The notes: a model not told the origin generated them from the letters alone. DNA of 64,000 nucleotides from Squalus acanthias (GCA_030390025.1 CM059432.1:13392001-13456000); one strand, 5' to 3'; positions 48,667 through 63,518 are shown, counted from the first letter of the stretch. Numbers and translations are program-made.

Positions 48667-49109
48667 GTATGATGTGGCGAAGTACACTTATGCAGATAAT
48701 CCCTGTGAAATAAATATTTATCTCTTCTATTTTAAACTACTAAAATTAAAGTTTGTTTCAATGGTAAGCATATTTCATACCAAAATTTCTGATGTACATT
48801 AGATGAATATAGAATCAACTTATAAAATCAAACGGGACAATATTAGATTCATCCCACTTTTGTTCTATGAGGAAGTACAGCCACAATACATAATATTGCG
48901 AATTGATCAGTGCATGGTTAAGATAAAGCTTAATTATAAAGCACTTATTTGCATTTAAAACTTTAAAATACAGTATTTTCACAAGTAGCCTGTATATTAG
49001 ACTTGGTCTAGTACCATATGAATGTAATTTATAATATGCTCTTTGTTGCTAACTGGAAACATAACTAAAGTTTGCTGTTCCATGTTAAGATGTTTATCTT
49101 GTAGGTAAC

Positions 49110-49420
49110 TGTGGGGTGGTACTGAGTCATGTAAACCAGGCAGGTTCAAGTTTCATTTCTGGTCTGTGCTGCGCTAGCTGATCTTGGCTTACGCAGTGGT
49201 GGGGCACTGCAAATGGCCTTGTCTTGACATTAAGGGAAGAGCGATCGCCAAATCCTGACCCTGCTGAAAAGTGTAAATGTGCGGACATTGAGTAAAGACG
49301 GGCTCAGCCTCGATTATGATGCTTGCCTTGGTCGGGTAACCTAAAGCTCACTGTGGTGGCTGTCATTACCAATGGAGCCTTACTCCAACATTAATTACTG
49401 CAATTGGGAGGGGAACTGGG
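49110..49420 (+). mobile_element. Old tRNA-derived SINE (AmnSINE2-like by recall); representative copy
   Basis: The block GGTCTGTGCTG.GYTAGCTGATCT..GC recurs at ~28915-29220, 43600-43790 and 55610-55900, and on the minus strand at ~36625-36925 and 61870-62150. Confidence 0.5.
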
Positions 49421-52400
49421 AAAAGATAAAATTGATGGGAAAAGTTAATTGTGGCTCATTTCTGTATAATTTTATTTTGACTTAAATTTTCTAGCACTTT
49501 GTAATATGGCAAACAACAATTGTAAATGATTGACTTTTTTTCTTACATTTTTCTCCTCAAAGTGACTGTCACAACCCTTTTCTGACCGAGAGGTTAGATT
49601 GGAGACTAGCTCTTAAGCTTGTGTCTCAACCCTTTTCTGACCGAGGTTGGATTGGAGGCCAGCTCTTAAGCTTGTGCAAGTGCTGCTTTCTAAACGGCTC
49701 TGGGAGGGGTGTGAATACAGACAGCATTTATCTTCCTCTCTGTAAAGAAGCACGTGGCCTACACTCTGAATTGGTAACTTGCTATATGATGAATCTGTTA
49801 TTTGAGGCTGTATTCTTTCCACTCCACTCCAGATAATTTTGCAAGCCAATGCTTTATAATGGGTAGGAAGACCTAGCTGAATAAATAGAAGTTTACCGAG
49901 GCTGTACATTGGTAATATGAGAGTTTTAGCTAGCTGAATAGCAGTACCTCTAAGGATGTTGAACTAGCTGGAAGGGGGTGGGGTGGCAGAAGAGAAGAGA
50001 GAATGTATAAGCCTTGGCTCTTGCCAAACTACACCTGACTTCTCTGGGTTGGGTAAATAGGATGTGTCTCTGTGGGGAAGTGTGTGCATTTCACATCAGG
50101 AGAATAGGAACTCTACTTGCATGATCTCTTGGAAGGTTGGTTAGGAAACGCTTGAGCATAGTAATGGGTTTCTGCCTTTATTAGGTGCCCAGCTGACCCT
50201 GAGTGAAAATGTGGTGATCAAGGGTACAAACCCATGTTCTACTGCATTGTGGCATGTAATACTGGCGCCATAGTTGCTTGACTATGCAACTTTGTTTTTT
50301 TTTTAATAACTTCCTGAACATTTCTGAAATGAGATTTGAAATGTTCAGATGCACTTTTTTGTTATTTAAAAAAAGTAACTAAGTCTTGTGTAAGTGTGAC
50401 ATTGTGTTTGTGTCTCAGTCGCTGTGATAGAATAGTACAGAAACCAATGCAAAAGCTGGAAAGCGCTTTGTGCCAGCAGTCCTTTGTCCCGAGTTGTACA
50501 GAAACAATTTTGGGTGTGTCAGTTCCTGCTACTCTAGAATCTACCACGTTTACATTGAGAAGCAAATTTCTGAGACAAAAACAAATGTTCATTAACCCAT
50601 GTTTAAATGTCAGAACTGCAACTTTTAATTGTTCTGCCTGTGAACTTTCCGCAGTGTCGGAAGATCCAGACAGATCTGCAATGGGGTAAGCGCTTATTCT
50701 GTCCACGCCAAAAATGCAAGTGATATGTGGTGGTGTCCCGCACCTCTGCCCAGCAGCCAGTTGCTGGGAGAATACATTTTGAGGTGTTCCTTCATGCTAC
50801 CGAATTGCAATGCACCATCTGATTACAGAGTAGCAGTGCGGTCATATAATTGCAACAGAAGCAGCAAGTTTGGGTGCAGATTGCGTGATACTCTTTCCAA
50901 ATGTGGCTACATAATTTTTCCATGAAATAAATTCTGTGCTTGTGAAGTAGGAAATGACTGACTGTTTTATGTTCCTGGTTAGTTGAGTCAGCAATTGCCC
51001 AAATTGGCAGTGGTGTATATGGGTGTAGTGTCGAAGTGATGTTAAGTAAGATTACGGGTAGGGTGTAGTGACATGAAGTGTACTTTAAATTAAATAATTT
51101 GCAGACCTGAGTATGAAGTGGCTGAGAGGTTATTTTGTGATTTGGTTACATTAAGAAATGTAATAGAATTCTGTAAAGTAGGCTTTTATTTTAAGTACAA
51201 ATAAGGAAATAGGGCTATGTGCATTCTTTACATCTGCTTTTTCAATTGGATTTTAAGTGGTACAAAAATATTATGATGCTGAAGATGAGGTTTGGTTTTT
51301 GTGAAAGACTGCTTTAGTAAAAAGGTTTTGTTGATTTCTGTAAGGGAATTCCAGTTAATGGGGGTCTTCAACCATATTCAGTAGCAGTGTGAAGAATGAG
51401 TAGTATAGAAGAAAAAATAGCTTGGTATTGGTTTCTAATTTTTTTTGTGAACGTTTGATCAATATTCTCAAGGAATTAAAATGTCTGATGTTTGTCAATT
51501 CACAGCTAAAAGTGAAGTGTTGCTCACTAGCTTTAAATAAGGGACAGCTTTTCATACTCTATGGGTGCTGGGATCCCCTTTGGCTTCTGTTGACTGATAA
51601 ATGTATCCCCAGGACTAATAAGTGCAGACTAAACAAATGTAATCTTAAATTGACTAACGAGACAGTACAAAGTGAAATAAGTAAGAGTAGAAAATTCTCT
51701 ACAGGATCTTTTTAAAAAAAAAAAAAAATTAGAAAGCCGAAGAGTAAAGAAAGATGTAAAAAGAGAGCATAGCTGCACAAGTCAACCAGAACAGAATTTG
51801 AGCACATAATCCAGGCTGAAGCTCTAATGCAACATTGTTGGCTGTGTTGTCTTTTGATAAACCATTGCCTGTTCTGGTGGACAAAAAATATCCCATGAAC
51901 TACTTCAATGAAGAGCAGGGAATTCTGGTGTTCTGACCAACATTCTCAACGAACATGACCAAAAATGGCGCTTCATCTTATTGATGGTGGGCGCTGGCTG
52001 CCTTGTTTATGTCTTGACTATATGATTGGGGAGACTAAAGTGAAGGGTGAATGAACTCTCAAAGGATGGAGGAGGTGAGAGAGGATCACCTGCTCAGACA
52101 CTTTTTTTTAATCATCATTAGATAGTGGAACAGAGTAGTTAATTCTGGTTTGAAACTTTAAAAAAAACTGGATCAATACCTGTTGAGTGTTTGGAGGTAT
52201 TAATAGATCTGTTTAATTCACATGGATATTGAGCATCAAAATTAAAGGTCTTGAGTAGGGAAGATGGGGGTGGGGTGGGGGAGAGGGGAAAGAGTTCCCA
52301 GTTGAGATAGTCATGCATGGAAGAAGTGGGTTTGATGAGTTTAGTACACTTTTCTCATTCCAAGATTTGTTACACTATGTGGTTGTAGGCTTTCCAGTTG

Positions 52401-52899
52401 CAGTCCACTTTGCATGCAGCCATAAAACTACAGCACAGCAGAAATATTTTAATCTGTTCTGATTCCTTTACTTAAGTGTTGACACTTCACATCATCTTGC
52501 TTTGCTTAAATAAAGTAACTTCTAACTACTCTCGCATCTAACCTTGGAGCCTTTGTAGATTCTGACTGCCGTAGCATTTTCTGTTTTTTTTAAAACCATG
52601 TCTGTCCTTGAACATGGGTATTCCCTCATTTTTGTTCATTCTGACCCCAGGAAGTGTCATTTCACCAGACTATCCTGGCAAATTCCCCCTGTTGAGCTCG
52701 CATGAATCGCGTCATCTCAACCAGAATACACGATCAATGAAATGTCCAAACTAATCTAACGTGAAGCATGGCAATTCAGACACTGTCTGAATCTTAACTT
52801 GCCTCTTTCAGTTGTGAAAATTTAACTCCTTGAGCTCCATTTAATTTTAGTAACATTTTTAATATTTATTACACCAAGATCCCCCTGTAGCAGCATAGT

Positions 52900-54400
52900 C
52901 ATAAATCCCAAAATGTTAACAGTGGGCAAGGCCATGGTATGATTTATAAAAATCAAGATTTTAAATTTAAGTTGTTGGAGATTGGGATGCTAATGTAGGT
53001 CAGCGAGTACAGAATATGGGCAGCAGTTTTGGACAGGGTGGAAGATGGAAAGCCAGCAACAAGAACATTGGCGTAGTGAAGTCTGGAGCCAAAGAGATGT
53101 ATAAGCAATGTAGGGGGCAGAATCGGGCAATGTTGTGGAAGTAAGTAGAGTGAATATGGGGTCTGCAACTGACTCGGGGTCCAACCGAATGTGAAGGTTG
53201 CGAACAGTCTGGTTCAGTCTGAGATTATGGCCCGGTGAGGGGGATGAAATCCGTGGCAAGGCTGTAAAATTTGTGGCAGTCGCTGAACATGTGGTTTTGG
53301 TTGAACTGGAGCAAGTTGCAACTCATCCACAATATAGTGTCACCAAGGGTCATCGGTAGATGACACAGAAGGAGGCCAAGGATAGATCTTTGGGACACTC
53401 CAGAGATAATAGTGTGGCGGAGGGAAACAAAGCCATTCCTGTTGTTGCTCTGGCTGTTAAGATAACGAGTAATGAAACCATGCAAGGGCAATCTTAGAGC
53501 TAGTTGATGGAGGGGAGGCATTGGAGGAGATAGAGCATAATGAGAAAGTTTGGGGGGGGGGGGGGGGGGGGAATCCAGTAGTGAATCATGGGAGAAATGG
53601 GCAGAGAGCTGGGAGGTAGTGACGCATTCACGATAAAGAGGAGTGAGAGGTTGGTGAGGATGAAAAGGATCAAGGTGGGTTTTTTGAGACATGGGATGGT
53701 AATGGCAGTTTTGAGGGGAGACGGACTGTGCCTGGGGAAAGGGAGACTTGCACGCATGGTCTCAATCTTTGTAATGGTGGCATGGGAGGGTTTAAGGAAG
53801 CAGTTGGTCACAGAAAAAAGTTGTTAGCCTTGTGCTTTACTACCAGAAATATGTAGACGAAGCCTCCAAGAAGGTCAAGGACATCCTTGTACAGTTTGAC
53901 AGGGTCTTGCTGGTTGCTGATCCTCGTCGTTGTGAGGCTAAGAAATTTGGTGGACCTTGTGCCCATGCACCTTACCAGAAATCATAACATTAAATGTGAC
54001 CTATGTAACTGTCAAATAAATGACCCTGGAGTAGTCGGTGGTTTTGGCTGAGGTGGATCAAGTATGGTAATACTTGACATGGTCAAACCGGATCTGGAGT
54101 TTGCAGGCAAGGCACAGGTATGCTCGTGTTTACACACCCTCCGATTTGGGGGAGTGAAGATGGGGCTGTACTGGGGGAAATGATGGGTGTGAGGCAGTGA
54201 TAGATTTGCTGTGAACAAAGGGATTAAAGATAGAGGTGAGGGATGAGTCCACAACTGTAGAGTGTCCTGGAGAGTAGTGGGTCAACAGCGAGGGATGGAA
54301 GAGTGCAGTTTTAAGTTACTTGGCAAGTTTTTTGCATGGGTCAGTTATGAAAGAGAGATAGGGGGTTAGGGAATATGAGTAGTAAGAGAGACAAGGAAGT
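52900..54400 (-). mobile_element. Highly degenerate L2 fragment
   Basis: Remnants LKKPTL, SGVSQRSILG, LRLNQTVRNL and SRLHYAN. Confidence 0.65.
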
Positions 54401-54878
54401 GGTCTTTGTCTCTTGTGCATAACTGCAGGCTTTGTAAATCATATTGACTTGCTCTCATTTCAAGTGAATGGTATTGTGGGGCAGTAATTTAGGAATTTTA
54501 GTGGAGACGGCTTGCTATTACTTCACACAACCACGCACTGTTAATATTGACACACTCCTAGGAACCTGTATAACTTCTGAACGACCACGTCAGCACAGTT
54601 TTCCTTTGGGTTGCTATCTTTGCAGAAAAATATTTTATTAGTAATATGCAAAAGAAATAAAAGTGCCAGTAGGTTAACAATTGTAGGAGAAATATAGAAT
54701 CGACATCTTGATGATCATGGCATTAAGTATGCTCACCCGCAAAAATCTAATGATTTTGCAGACCCTCTAAGATGTACAAAGCCCGATTTGAAAACTTGTT
54801 TAAGGCATAGCGGCACATCTACAACTCCAATTAATAATTACAAAACATTGTATTATTCAGTGCATCTTACTGAATTAT

Positions 54879-55180
54879 AAGAAAGAAAGACTTGCATTAT
54901 ATAGTACCGTTCATGACCTCCGGATGTCACAAAGTGCTTTACAGACAATGAAGTACTTTGGAAGTGTAGTCACTGTTGTAGGAAATGTGGCAGCCAAATT
55001 GCACATAGCAAGGTCCCAAAAACAGCATTATGATAATGACAAGATAGTCTGTTTTAGTGATATTAGTTGATGGATAAATATTGTCTAGGGCACCGGGAAG
55101 AACTCCACTATTCTTTTCAAAGATCCATGGGATCTTTTACATCCACCTGATGGGGCAGGCGGGCCTTCGATTTAACGACT
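54879..55180 (-). mobile_element. 5'-truncated Deu-domain SINE
   Basis: Colinear with 26551-26860. Confidence 0.7.
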
Positions 55181-55191
55181 CCTCTGGAACA

Positions 55192-55276
55192 TGATCTGAA
55201 ATTGTTGAACTCCATGTTGAGGCCGGAAGGCTGTAAAGTGCCTAATAGAAAGATGAAGTGCTGTTCCTTGAGCTTG
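55192..55276 (-). mobile_element. Penelope-like element fragment (GIY-YIG endonuclease C-terminus)
   Basis: Translates to KLKEQHFIFLLGTLQPSGLNMEFNNFR, matching the recalled PLE terminal motif E..xI..L.TL.P.GLN. Confidence 0.65.
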
Positions 55277-58009
55277 TGTTAATGTCTTGTGTGGTTAGCT
55301 GAATCAACACTGTATTGTCCTTAAAGTTTCTGTAACAAATGTGTTTCTTGTTGCAAGTAAATTCCCCCAGTGAGTAGTGATTAAACAACTAGAGTTTTTA
55401 TTAAATGGAAATCCTATGTTAAAGATAGGCATTTGGGGCTCATTGCTGTCGTGAAGCAACAAGTGAGCATGTTGCTGATCTATAGCTTTCCTTATTCAAA
55501 CACTATCAGGTGCACTTTCCTGTACATATTTGAGAAGCTGTAACTCTAGTTTTGGGGAAGCACAGCATGCCTGACTTCAGTGACAGTTTGCTACTGTGTC
55601 TCCTAGGCCCCAGAGAGTAGCTAAGCACACATCAGGAAAGACCCAAGTCAAAACCTTGTCTGTGCCAAGCTAGCTGATCTCAGCCAGAACTCCGATGGGT
55701 GTACAGTTGGGTTCTTGCTTGCTATCCAGCGAGTCCTGTTGGAAGTGGGCATCTCATGAGCAGTATTAGGCTCAGCTGTAATGCCCAGTACAGTTTAGTT
55801 ACCTGTACTCTCTCTCATGGTCACTTGGGTGAGGTGACGAGAGTAAATGATGGCTGTGGAACTGTACCCCAGCAAGGAGTCAATAATACCTGAAGGAGAA
55901 AAATTGGCAGTGGGGGGAAAAAGTTAGAAGAAAATTTAGTTTTCCAGTGTTGACTGTTGAGCAGTCGTTCACTAAGCCACATGTCATCTTTTACATTTTG
56001 GTCATCTTTAATTCCAATCCCACTGTCCATCCCCTGGTGTGTCTGTGTCATGTAACTTCTCCCGCTACAAGGATGGTGCAGATCTGCATCTAGGCTTCTG
56101 CTAATGCCATTATATTACTGCCAGCAAGGAGGTATGTGAGGGCACTGGGTGACCTTCCCGAGTACAATTTTAAACCTCTGGATAGCACCCAAATGTTGAT
56201 CTAGATTTCCCTGCATTGATACAGCTGAGATAAGTACTCATTGTAGGGGTGGGAGGCTGTGATCCCTTTCCGACCACTCAATGGCACAGCATGTTGGCAT
56301 TCCAAGGCTGTGACTTATCTGAGAAAGTAATGTGTACTCTATGTACTTCACCTACCAGCACAATACATGTTGACGTTCTTTAATGTTGCCAGGATTCTAT
56401 GCAGAGTTGGAAGCGTTACCAGCAAAATATTTGTTTTACTCCAGTTTTCAAGGCAGCTGGATTAAATTTTCCATATTAATACAGTGCGTCACAATATTTT
56501 ATTATTTCTGCAACTAAACCACTGAATGCTGATCTGTTGTACAGATTATTTGGGTATTGCTTCCATTTGCTAAAAGGAGAAAATAAATATTGACGGCAAG
56601 TATAATGAGTTATGATAATCTGCAGAGGGGTAGGACATTTAGAATCATAGAGCAGAAGGTGGTCATTCAGCCCTTTGTGCCTGTACTGGCTCTTTGAAAG
56701 AGCTATCCCCTGCGCTTTCCCCATAGTAGTGCAAATTGTCCCCTTTTCAAATGTATATATTTCGTTCCCTTTTGAAAGTTACTGAGTTCAGTTTCGTTCC
56801 AGATCTTAGCAGTGCTGTTGGGAGGTACCAATTCAAACTCTTTGCTGCAGCAGCAATGGAAAATAATACCTTGGCGTGATATTGGAAGAGTCTGTTTTCT
56901 TCTCCCCCCCCCCCCCCCCCCTCCGCCAAGCCAGGAATTGGTGCTGGACACTGACTTTATTCCCCCACCGTGACCTTTTCTCTTCTCTCCTTTCTCTTCT
57001 CCCCTCCAGCACCCCTCAAAGTGACCATTCTTCCTTTGCCAGCAAAAATGGTGAGTTGGCACTCGGGCTGGTCAGCCACTGCCTACTGCTACCACCCTGG
57101 ATTAACCAACTCAGCACAGTGCAGGAAACAAACTTTGGTCTTTCCTAGCTTAATCCCACAGTGCAGTTAGCTACTGAGCTATTGGGGGAGCTTGGGTCAG
57201 TCTTGGAGACCTAACTTAAAGGGGAAGTCAAGATTTTACAAAAGGCAATAAGATTGTTGTGGAGAAGAATGAAATGTGTGTTATGTCCCCTTTACAGTGC
57301 AGCCACTGATGCCAGCTGTTTTGGTAACATTGCTGTAAAATAATTGAAGATGTGCTATTGCCTTCTGAGGGACTATGATCCATACCAAGCAGTGGTATTC
57401 ACCAGTGCCTCTGCCGGCCAATACAAATGCTATTGCCAGAGAGGGAGGTGGGGGGGGGGGAGGGAGGGGTACTTTTTTGGTGAGTGTGAGCTAAATGCTC
57501 AGCTTCCCATACAGGCAAGCAGTGTAGTTTCTTTTGGAGAAGTTGCAAAGCGCAGATTTTAAACCCAAGTGCTCAGTTTGTTTGTTGCTTCAGTACAATA
57601 TAAAAGGGCCTATTTTCGTACTCTGGTACCCTTTGTACAGTATAAAGAATGCATTAGTGTGGTGCTGATAGTTGGGAAGGGTATTATTCCTAGGCTTCTG
57701 CCAATGCTGCCATCTAACTAGTCAGCAGAAAGTATGAGCATATAACCTGGGGGTCAATCTCCGATTGGCTTCATTATTCTGTCCTTCTAAAGAGACGTCC
57801 CTCTACACCTCAAATCAGAGTTTGATGCAATTTTGTACCACTTATCTAATGTATGTTTTTCTGTGACACTGATTTTTGGCTAACAAAAACTAAATTTTTC
57901 CCTGGGGAGGGAAAGAGAAAATTATGCAGTGGTTGAAGTAACTTCTTCACAGCAGTTTGATGAAATGTTGACGCATTTTGAGTTTTAATTTTTTTTCCTT
58001 CTTTAACAG

Positions 58010-58116
58010 ACAAATGGTAGCACGAGGTTTGCTAGATACACTGCGGGCAGTCAGCGATGATGAAAAAGACTGCCTCGCAGTGCTCGAGAGAATAAGTAAA
58101 CTAGCGGAAGATCCAG
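58010..58116 (+). CDS. PPP4R1: PPP4R1 exon 4 (QMVARGLLDTLRAVSDDEKDCLAVLERISKLAEDP)
   Basis: Polypyrimidine tract with aacag|, donor |gtaac; start of the HEAT-repeat region. Confidence 0.95.
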
Positions 58117-58913
58117 GTAACAAAAAACACTTTCGCAGATCTATGCGTTTTGTATTTAGCCTATATGAGTAATCTGTAATTTAGTATGAAGTATTTGAAA
58201 ATCCAGGATTGGAAGGAGTTGATCCTAACCTGATCTGACTGTTTGTAACTTCTGATTTGCCCTAATTGGCTCCTGGGTATATTCTACATTATTTGCAACA
58301 TTTCTGACATTACATCTCACTCCTACTTCTGCTGTCTGAAGTCCCAGCCTTACCCCTTCCAATTTGTGCAGGAAAATCAGAATTGGAAAAATTGTTGTTG
58401 TCTTTGTAGATTTGCTGTCTACAATGGGGCTTTTTTTCCCCTCCTTCCTTGTGCCTCAAACCAGAGTTCTACTGGTTATATCAGTTTCTTTGTTTAAACT
58501 ACTTATCCCTGCATGCTCTTGGGTTGGCTACTGCAATGTTCTACAGTGGAAAAGAACAATATTGGACTACCTAAAGAACTTTTGAAGTGCCCTCACAGTG
58601 GCTTGAATAGAGGTGAATGAGCAAAAGACAAGCAACTGGGATGGTGAGGATTGTTTGCCCACATCCCAAGAACAAATGAGTGGAAAAAGTACACCTACAA
58701 GATGGTGTTAGACAAATTTATCTCAGTTGCTTTATTTCCCTTGCTTAATTTGCAGATCCCATAAAATTGGGAGAGGAGATTTAATTGCTTTTGCAGTTCA
58801 AACCTGTTGATTCTGATTTCACCGTTGCACTTTTGATCAAAAGGGCTTCCTGATAGTTTTACATCATAGGAGATAGCACTGTCTCTGGGAGAAATCATTG
58901 TAACATTTCAGAA

Positions 58914-59690
58914 GAACATAAGAAATAGGAACAGGAGTAGGCCATTTGGCCCTTCGCGCCTGCTTCGCCATTCAATAAGATCATGGCTGATCTTCTACCT
59001 CATCTCCCCTTCCCTGCATTCTCCCCATATCCCTTGATTCCCTTAATATTCAAAAATCTAATGATCTCTGTCTTGAATATACTCAACGACTGAGCCTCCA
59101 CAGCTCTATGGGGTCGAGAATTCCAAAGATTCACCACCCTCTGAGCGAAGAAATCTCTCCATCTCAGTCCTAAATGGCCGACCCCTTATTCTGAGACTGT
59201 GATCCCTGGTTCTAGACCCCCCAGCCAGGGGAAACATCCTCCCTGCATCTACCCTGTCAAGCCCTGTAAGAATTTTGTATGTTCCAATGAGATCACCTTT
59301 CATCTAAACTCGAGAATATAGGCCTAGTCTGCTCAACCTGTCCTCATAGGACAATTCCCCCATCCCAGGAACCAATCTGGTGAACCTTCGGCTGTAAAGG
59401 AGCAAAAGATTGCAATTTACTTTTTCATTCGATTATCTCATTGAGCAGAAATGTACAGTAGCTAACTATTGAGTTTGCTGTAGCCAATTCCATAAAAGAT
59501 GGTAGAACAATATATTATTTAAGAAGGAGATAGATAGATTTCTAGACACAAAAGGCATCAAGGGGTATGGGGAGAGAGCAGGAATATGGTATTGAAATAG
59601 TGGATCAGCCATGATCATATTGAATGGTGAAGCAGGCTCGAAGGGCCGAATGGCCTACTCCTGCTCCTATTTTTCTATGTTTCTAACACT
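58914..59690. mobile_element. CR1 3' fragments (minus strand 58914-59390; plus strand 59520-59686)
   Basis: GDLI.TYKIL...GRPFRTE and CR1 tails. Confidence 0.85.
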
Positions 59691-61346
59691 CACTTGTGAC
59701 GCTCCGGGAAGAAGCAGAGGGATAGATTGAATTCTACATTTTTATTCTTGAAGATCATGTGATGAGGTTTGGCCTCCAAATTGGTGAACAGTATCTCCGT
59801 GGAGAGCAAGTCTTCAAAATATTTTGGTTAATAATTTAGTAACTGCTTTATTGACTCTTGTTTTAACTTCAGTGTATCTTTAAGATCTTGAAATGGCAAA
59901 TGCATGAGGCGTTTGGGCTATAATGTAGTTGCCATCCTACGTTCTATTTTGCCTTAGAAGTGGCAAAAAGCATTAATAAAATTTGTCTAGAGATTAGTCT
60001 TTGGCGATCAAGTCTTGGACTGTGATAACTGGAGTTAAGGATGTTGAATGGAAAAGTTGTCTGTCCAATAAGACGTTTTTGACTATCCATTACAATGTGG
60101 GCCTATTCCATTTGAAGTGTGATCTAGAATGCTATAAAATTAGTGTCCAGCAACAAGTCATGAAGTGCCAGAGTTTCCTTTGGGTCTGTGTATTATGTAC
60201 TTACCACTGCTCCAAGTTGGTATTCACTTGTACTACATATAAATGTCACTTTACTGCATGTAATTGCTGATGGCTGATTCAATCCATTGTCATGATGGGA
60301 CTCTTTCCAGGTTACAAGTAGCCTGCGCGCAACAATTTTCTGTACGTCACACTGCAGGTTTTGTACCTTGTTTCAAGAGTTGGAAGTGGATTTGGATAGT
60401 CAAATAACAGAAGGATGTTGCCTGCGTTTGTGACTGTTGCTAGGTGTGCGAATTCATTTCTGGCCAAAGGGCTAGATCTCGGATGACTTTATCAGAGTGC
60501 CCATACACTCGTTTTTGTATGTAATTTTTAAAAAAAAATTGCCAACGAGTAAAGGTGAAACCCAGGAGAGAGTTGTGTTTTAAAAGCCACATAATGAGGG
60601 GACACTTTCCTCTTGCTAAAATAACTTAAAACAGCTTAGAAGTATTTAAGAGCAGGAGCTCCAAGAGACAATTGACTTATGTTAATGAGTAATTAATATG
60701 TTCAGCCTTGCCCTGCCTGTTAAATAAACAAACCTCATTTGGGTAGTGCAACTTGTGCTGTGATTGCCCCGTAAAGTAGAAATCTAATTGACAAGACTGG
60801 AAGTACATTGTGAAGATGCCAATTACATAAATGTTGTGAACTGTTGTAGATTTATTCAGTATACACAACCAGTTAAATCCTTTAATTTTAGAGTGAAATA
60901 TAATGAAATTTGTAACACAGCCAGAGTTGCTTGTCACTGTTTTGATGGTGTAGTCTCTGTGTAGACAGTCTGTGCAATTAATACCTTGAAGTTCTGAACT
61001 GGTCAGAATAGAGATTTCCGTTAACCGACAATCGAATGTAAATTCAAATGCCAAAAGCCCAAAGCTAATGCGCATGAGGACGTTGAGGAAAATAGCTTCC
61101 AACTTTTTGCCATTTTCTCAACTTAAGTGCATTTATGGAGCTGGTGATGCAATGTAGGCCATATGGAAATGACTAAGTGCAGTTAGTTGTCCTTTTTCTG
61201 GGCAGTGAAAAATCACCATTTCCTCCGCAGTATGCTATCCAAAATGATGGCAAATGGCCACCATGTAAACTACTCTCGGCAAAATAGGTTTTGGTAGTTT
61301 TTCCTGTTTATTGCTAGTTACATAAAGCAGGCCATTTTCTTCACAG

Positions 61347-61489
61347 AACCGACAGTCCGTGCAGAGTTGATGGAACAGGTGCCTCATATTGCCATATTCT
61401 GCCAAGAGAACAGGCCTTCTATTCCTTACGCTTTCTCCAAATACTTGTTGCCCTTTATGGTTAGATGCCTTGCAGACCCCAACAACCAG
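61347..61489 (+). CDS. PPP4R1: PPP4R1 exon 5 (EPTVRAELMEQVPHIAIFCQENRPSIPYAFSKYLLPFMVRCLADPNNQ); gene continues beyond the window
   Basis: Acceptor cacag|, donor |gtaagt; in frame with exon 4. Confidence 0.95.
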
Positions 61490-62439
61490 GTAAGTTTTCT
61501 TTTTCCTTTAAAGGAGTCTATCAATACTTTCGATTGGTTTTAGTTGAGCATATTTAATCTGATATTTTCCATTTGATTGTAAACCTAGGAAAATATATCT
61601 TATTTTGAAAACTTTTTGTCTACCTATAATTTAGGCTTATTCAGACTTGTCCTTTTCCTGGTCCTAATTATTTGTTTTACAAGTTTCTATAAAGCAATAT
61701 AACAAGCTGCTTGTTTTTGTTCTTTTATTTAAAAACACACAGCTAAGTTCCTCAATTAAACACAAGATGCATTTTCCCTTTGTCCTCCACCTCCACCTCC
61801 CCCGACCCAAACTGACTTGTGCTGAGACCCAGTTTGATGGCTGCCAGCAGCCATCCCATACCTTCCACCTCTGGCCAATTTTTTTCTAAAGTGAGTGTTA
61901 ATCTTGTTTCTGGAGGGCATCACAACCAAGCCTACTCCTGTTGCCAAAAGCATACTTTGTAGCAGGAGTCACTGACTATCTCTCTGGGGCAGGAATTTGG
62001 GGGATTTCACTGCCACCCCCCTTCCTTCCTTCCCTCCACTAGCACAGAACACTGAGGCCAGTTGCCACCCAAGCTAAGATTAGCTAACTCTGTACTGACT
62101 GAGGATTGAACCTGAGACTTTGTTTTCTATGGCTTAACCGCGACCACTTGTTGACTTCAGCCACTGGGGCCAGAGTTGTCAACCTGCAGCTCAGTGGTCA
62201 CATGCAGCTCCTGAGCCCTAGTAATCTGGCCCTCAAAGCATAGGAAACTCAGTCTTTCTTACATTTAGATTTCCTATTTGATGGTTTGCCCAGTTTGCAT
62301 TTGGTGAGCCTGGAGGTTTGGAAAGAGCTGTTCTTCGGATTTATCCAAGATACCACTGCTAACACAAAGATCTATTGGTTTTAGCAACTTGATATATATT
62401 TAAATTAATGGGAAAATTATTTAAACTCCCTGCTCCTGC

Positions 62440-63518
62440 ATCGTTGCCTCTGGTGTCCTCCAAGGATCTATCCTTGGCCCCCTCCTATTTCTCATTTACA
62501 TGCTGCCCCTTGGCGACATCATCCGAAAACACAGCGTCAGTTTCCACATGTACGCTGACGACACCCAGCTCTACCTCACCCCCACCTCCCTCGACCCCTC
62601 CGTGGTCTCTAAATTGTCAGACTGCTTGTCCGACATCCAGTTCTGGATGAGCAGAGATTTTCTCCAATTAAATATTGGGAAGACCGAAGCCATTGTTTTT
62701 CGTCTCTGCCACAAACTCCGTTCCCTGGCCACCAACTCCATCCCTCTCCCTAGCATCTGTCTGAGGCTGAATCAGACTGTTTGCAACCTTGGTGTCATAT
62801 TTGACCCTGAAATGAGATTCCGACCACACATCTGTGGCATAACTAAGACCACCTATTTCCACCTCTGTCTCCGCCCCGCCTCAGTTCATCTGTTGAAACC
62901 CTCATCCATGCCTTTGTTACCTCTAGACTTGACTATTCCAACGCACTCCTGGCTGGCCTCCCATATTCTACCCTAAGTAAACTTGAGGTCATCCAAAACT
63001 TGGCTGCCCATGTCCTAACTTGCACCAAGTCCCATTCACCTATCACCTCTGTGCTCGCTGACCTACATTGGCTCCCAGTTAAGCAACGCCTCGATTTTTA
63101 ACATTCTCATACTTGATTTCAAATCCCTCCATGGCCTTGCCCCTACCTATTTCTGTAATCTCCTCCAGCCCCACAAACCTCGCCCCCCCCCCCCCCCCCC
63201 CCCCCACCCCAGGAGATCGCTGCACTCCTCTAATTCTGCCCTCTTGAACATCGCTGATTATAATCGCTGAACCATTGGTGGCTGTGCCTTCAGCTGCCTA
63301 GGCCCCAAGCTCTGGAATTCCCTCCCTAAACCTCTCTGCCTCTACCTCTTTCCTCCTTTTTGGAATTCTCCTTAAAACCTACTTCTTTGACCAAGCTTTT
63401 GGTCATCTGCCCTAATTTCTCCTTGTGTGGCTCGATGTCAAAGATTTTTGTCTTGTAACACTCCTGTGAAGCGCCTTGGGATGTTTTACTACATTAAAGG
63501 CGCTATATAAATACAAGT
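62440..63518 (+). mobile_element. L2 LINE 3' fragment
   Basis: GVLQGSILGP-like block, HMYADDTQLY, FLQLNIGKTE, NLGVIFD, and the L2 tail AAAGGCGCTATATAAATACAAG. Confidence 0.88.

Noticed and set aside
60677..61102. 141-aa minus-strand intronic ORF
   Set aside because: No recognisable domain or splice context, and no ATG start.
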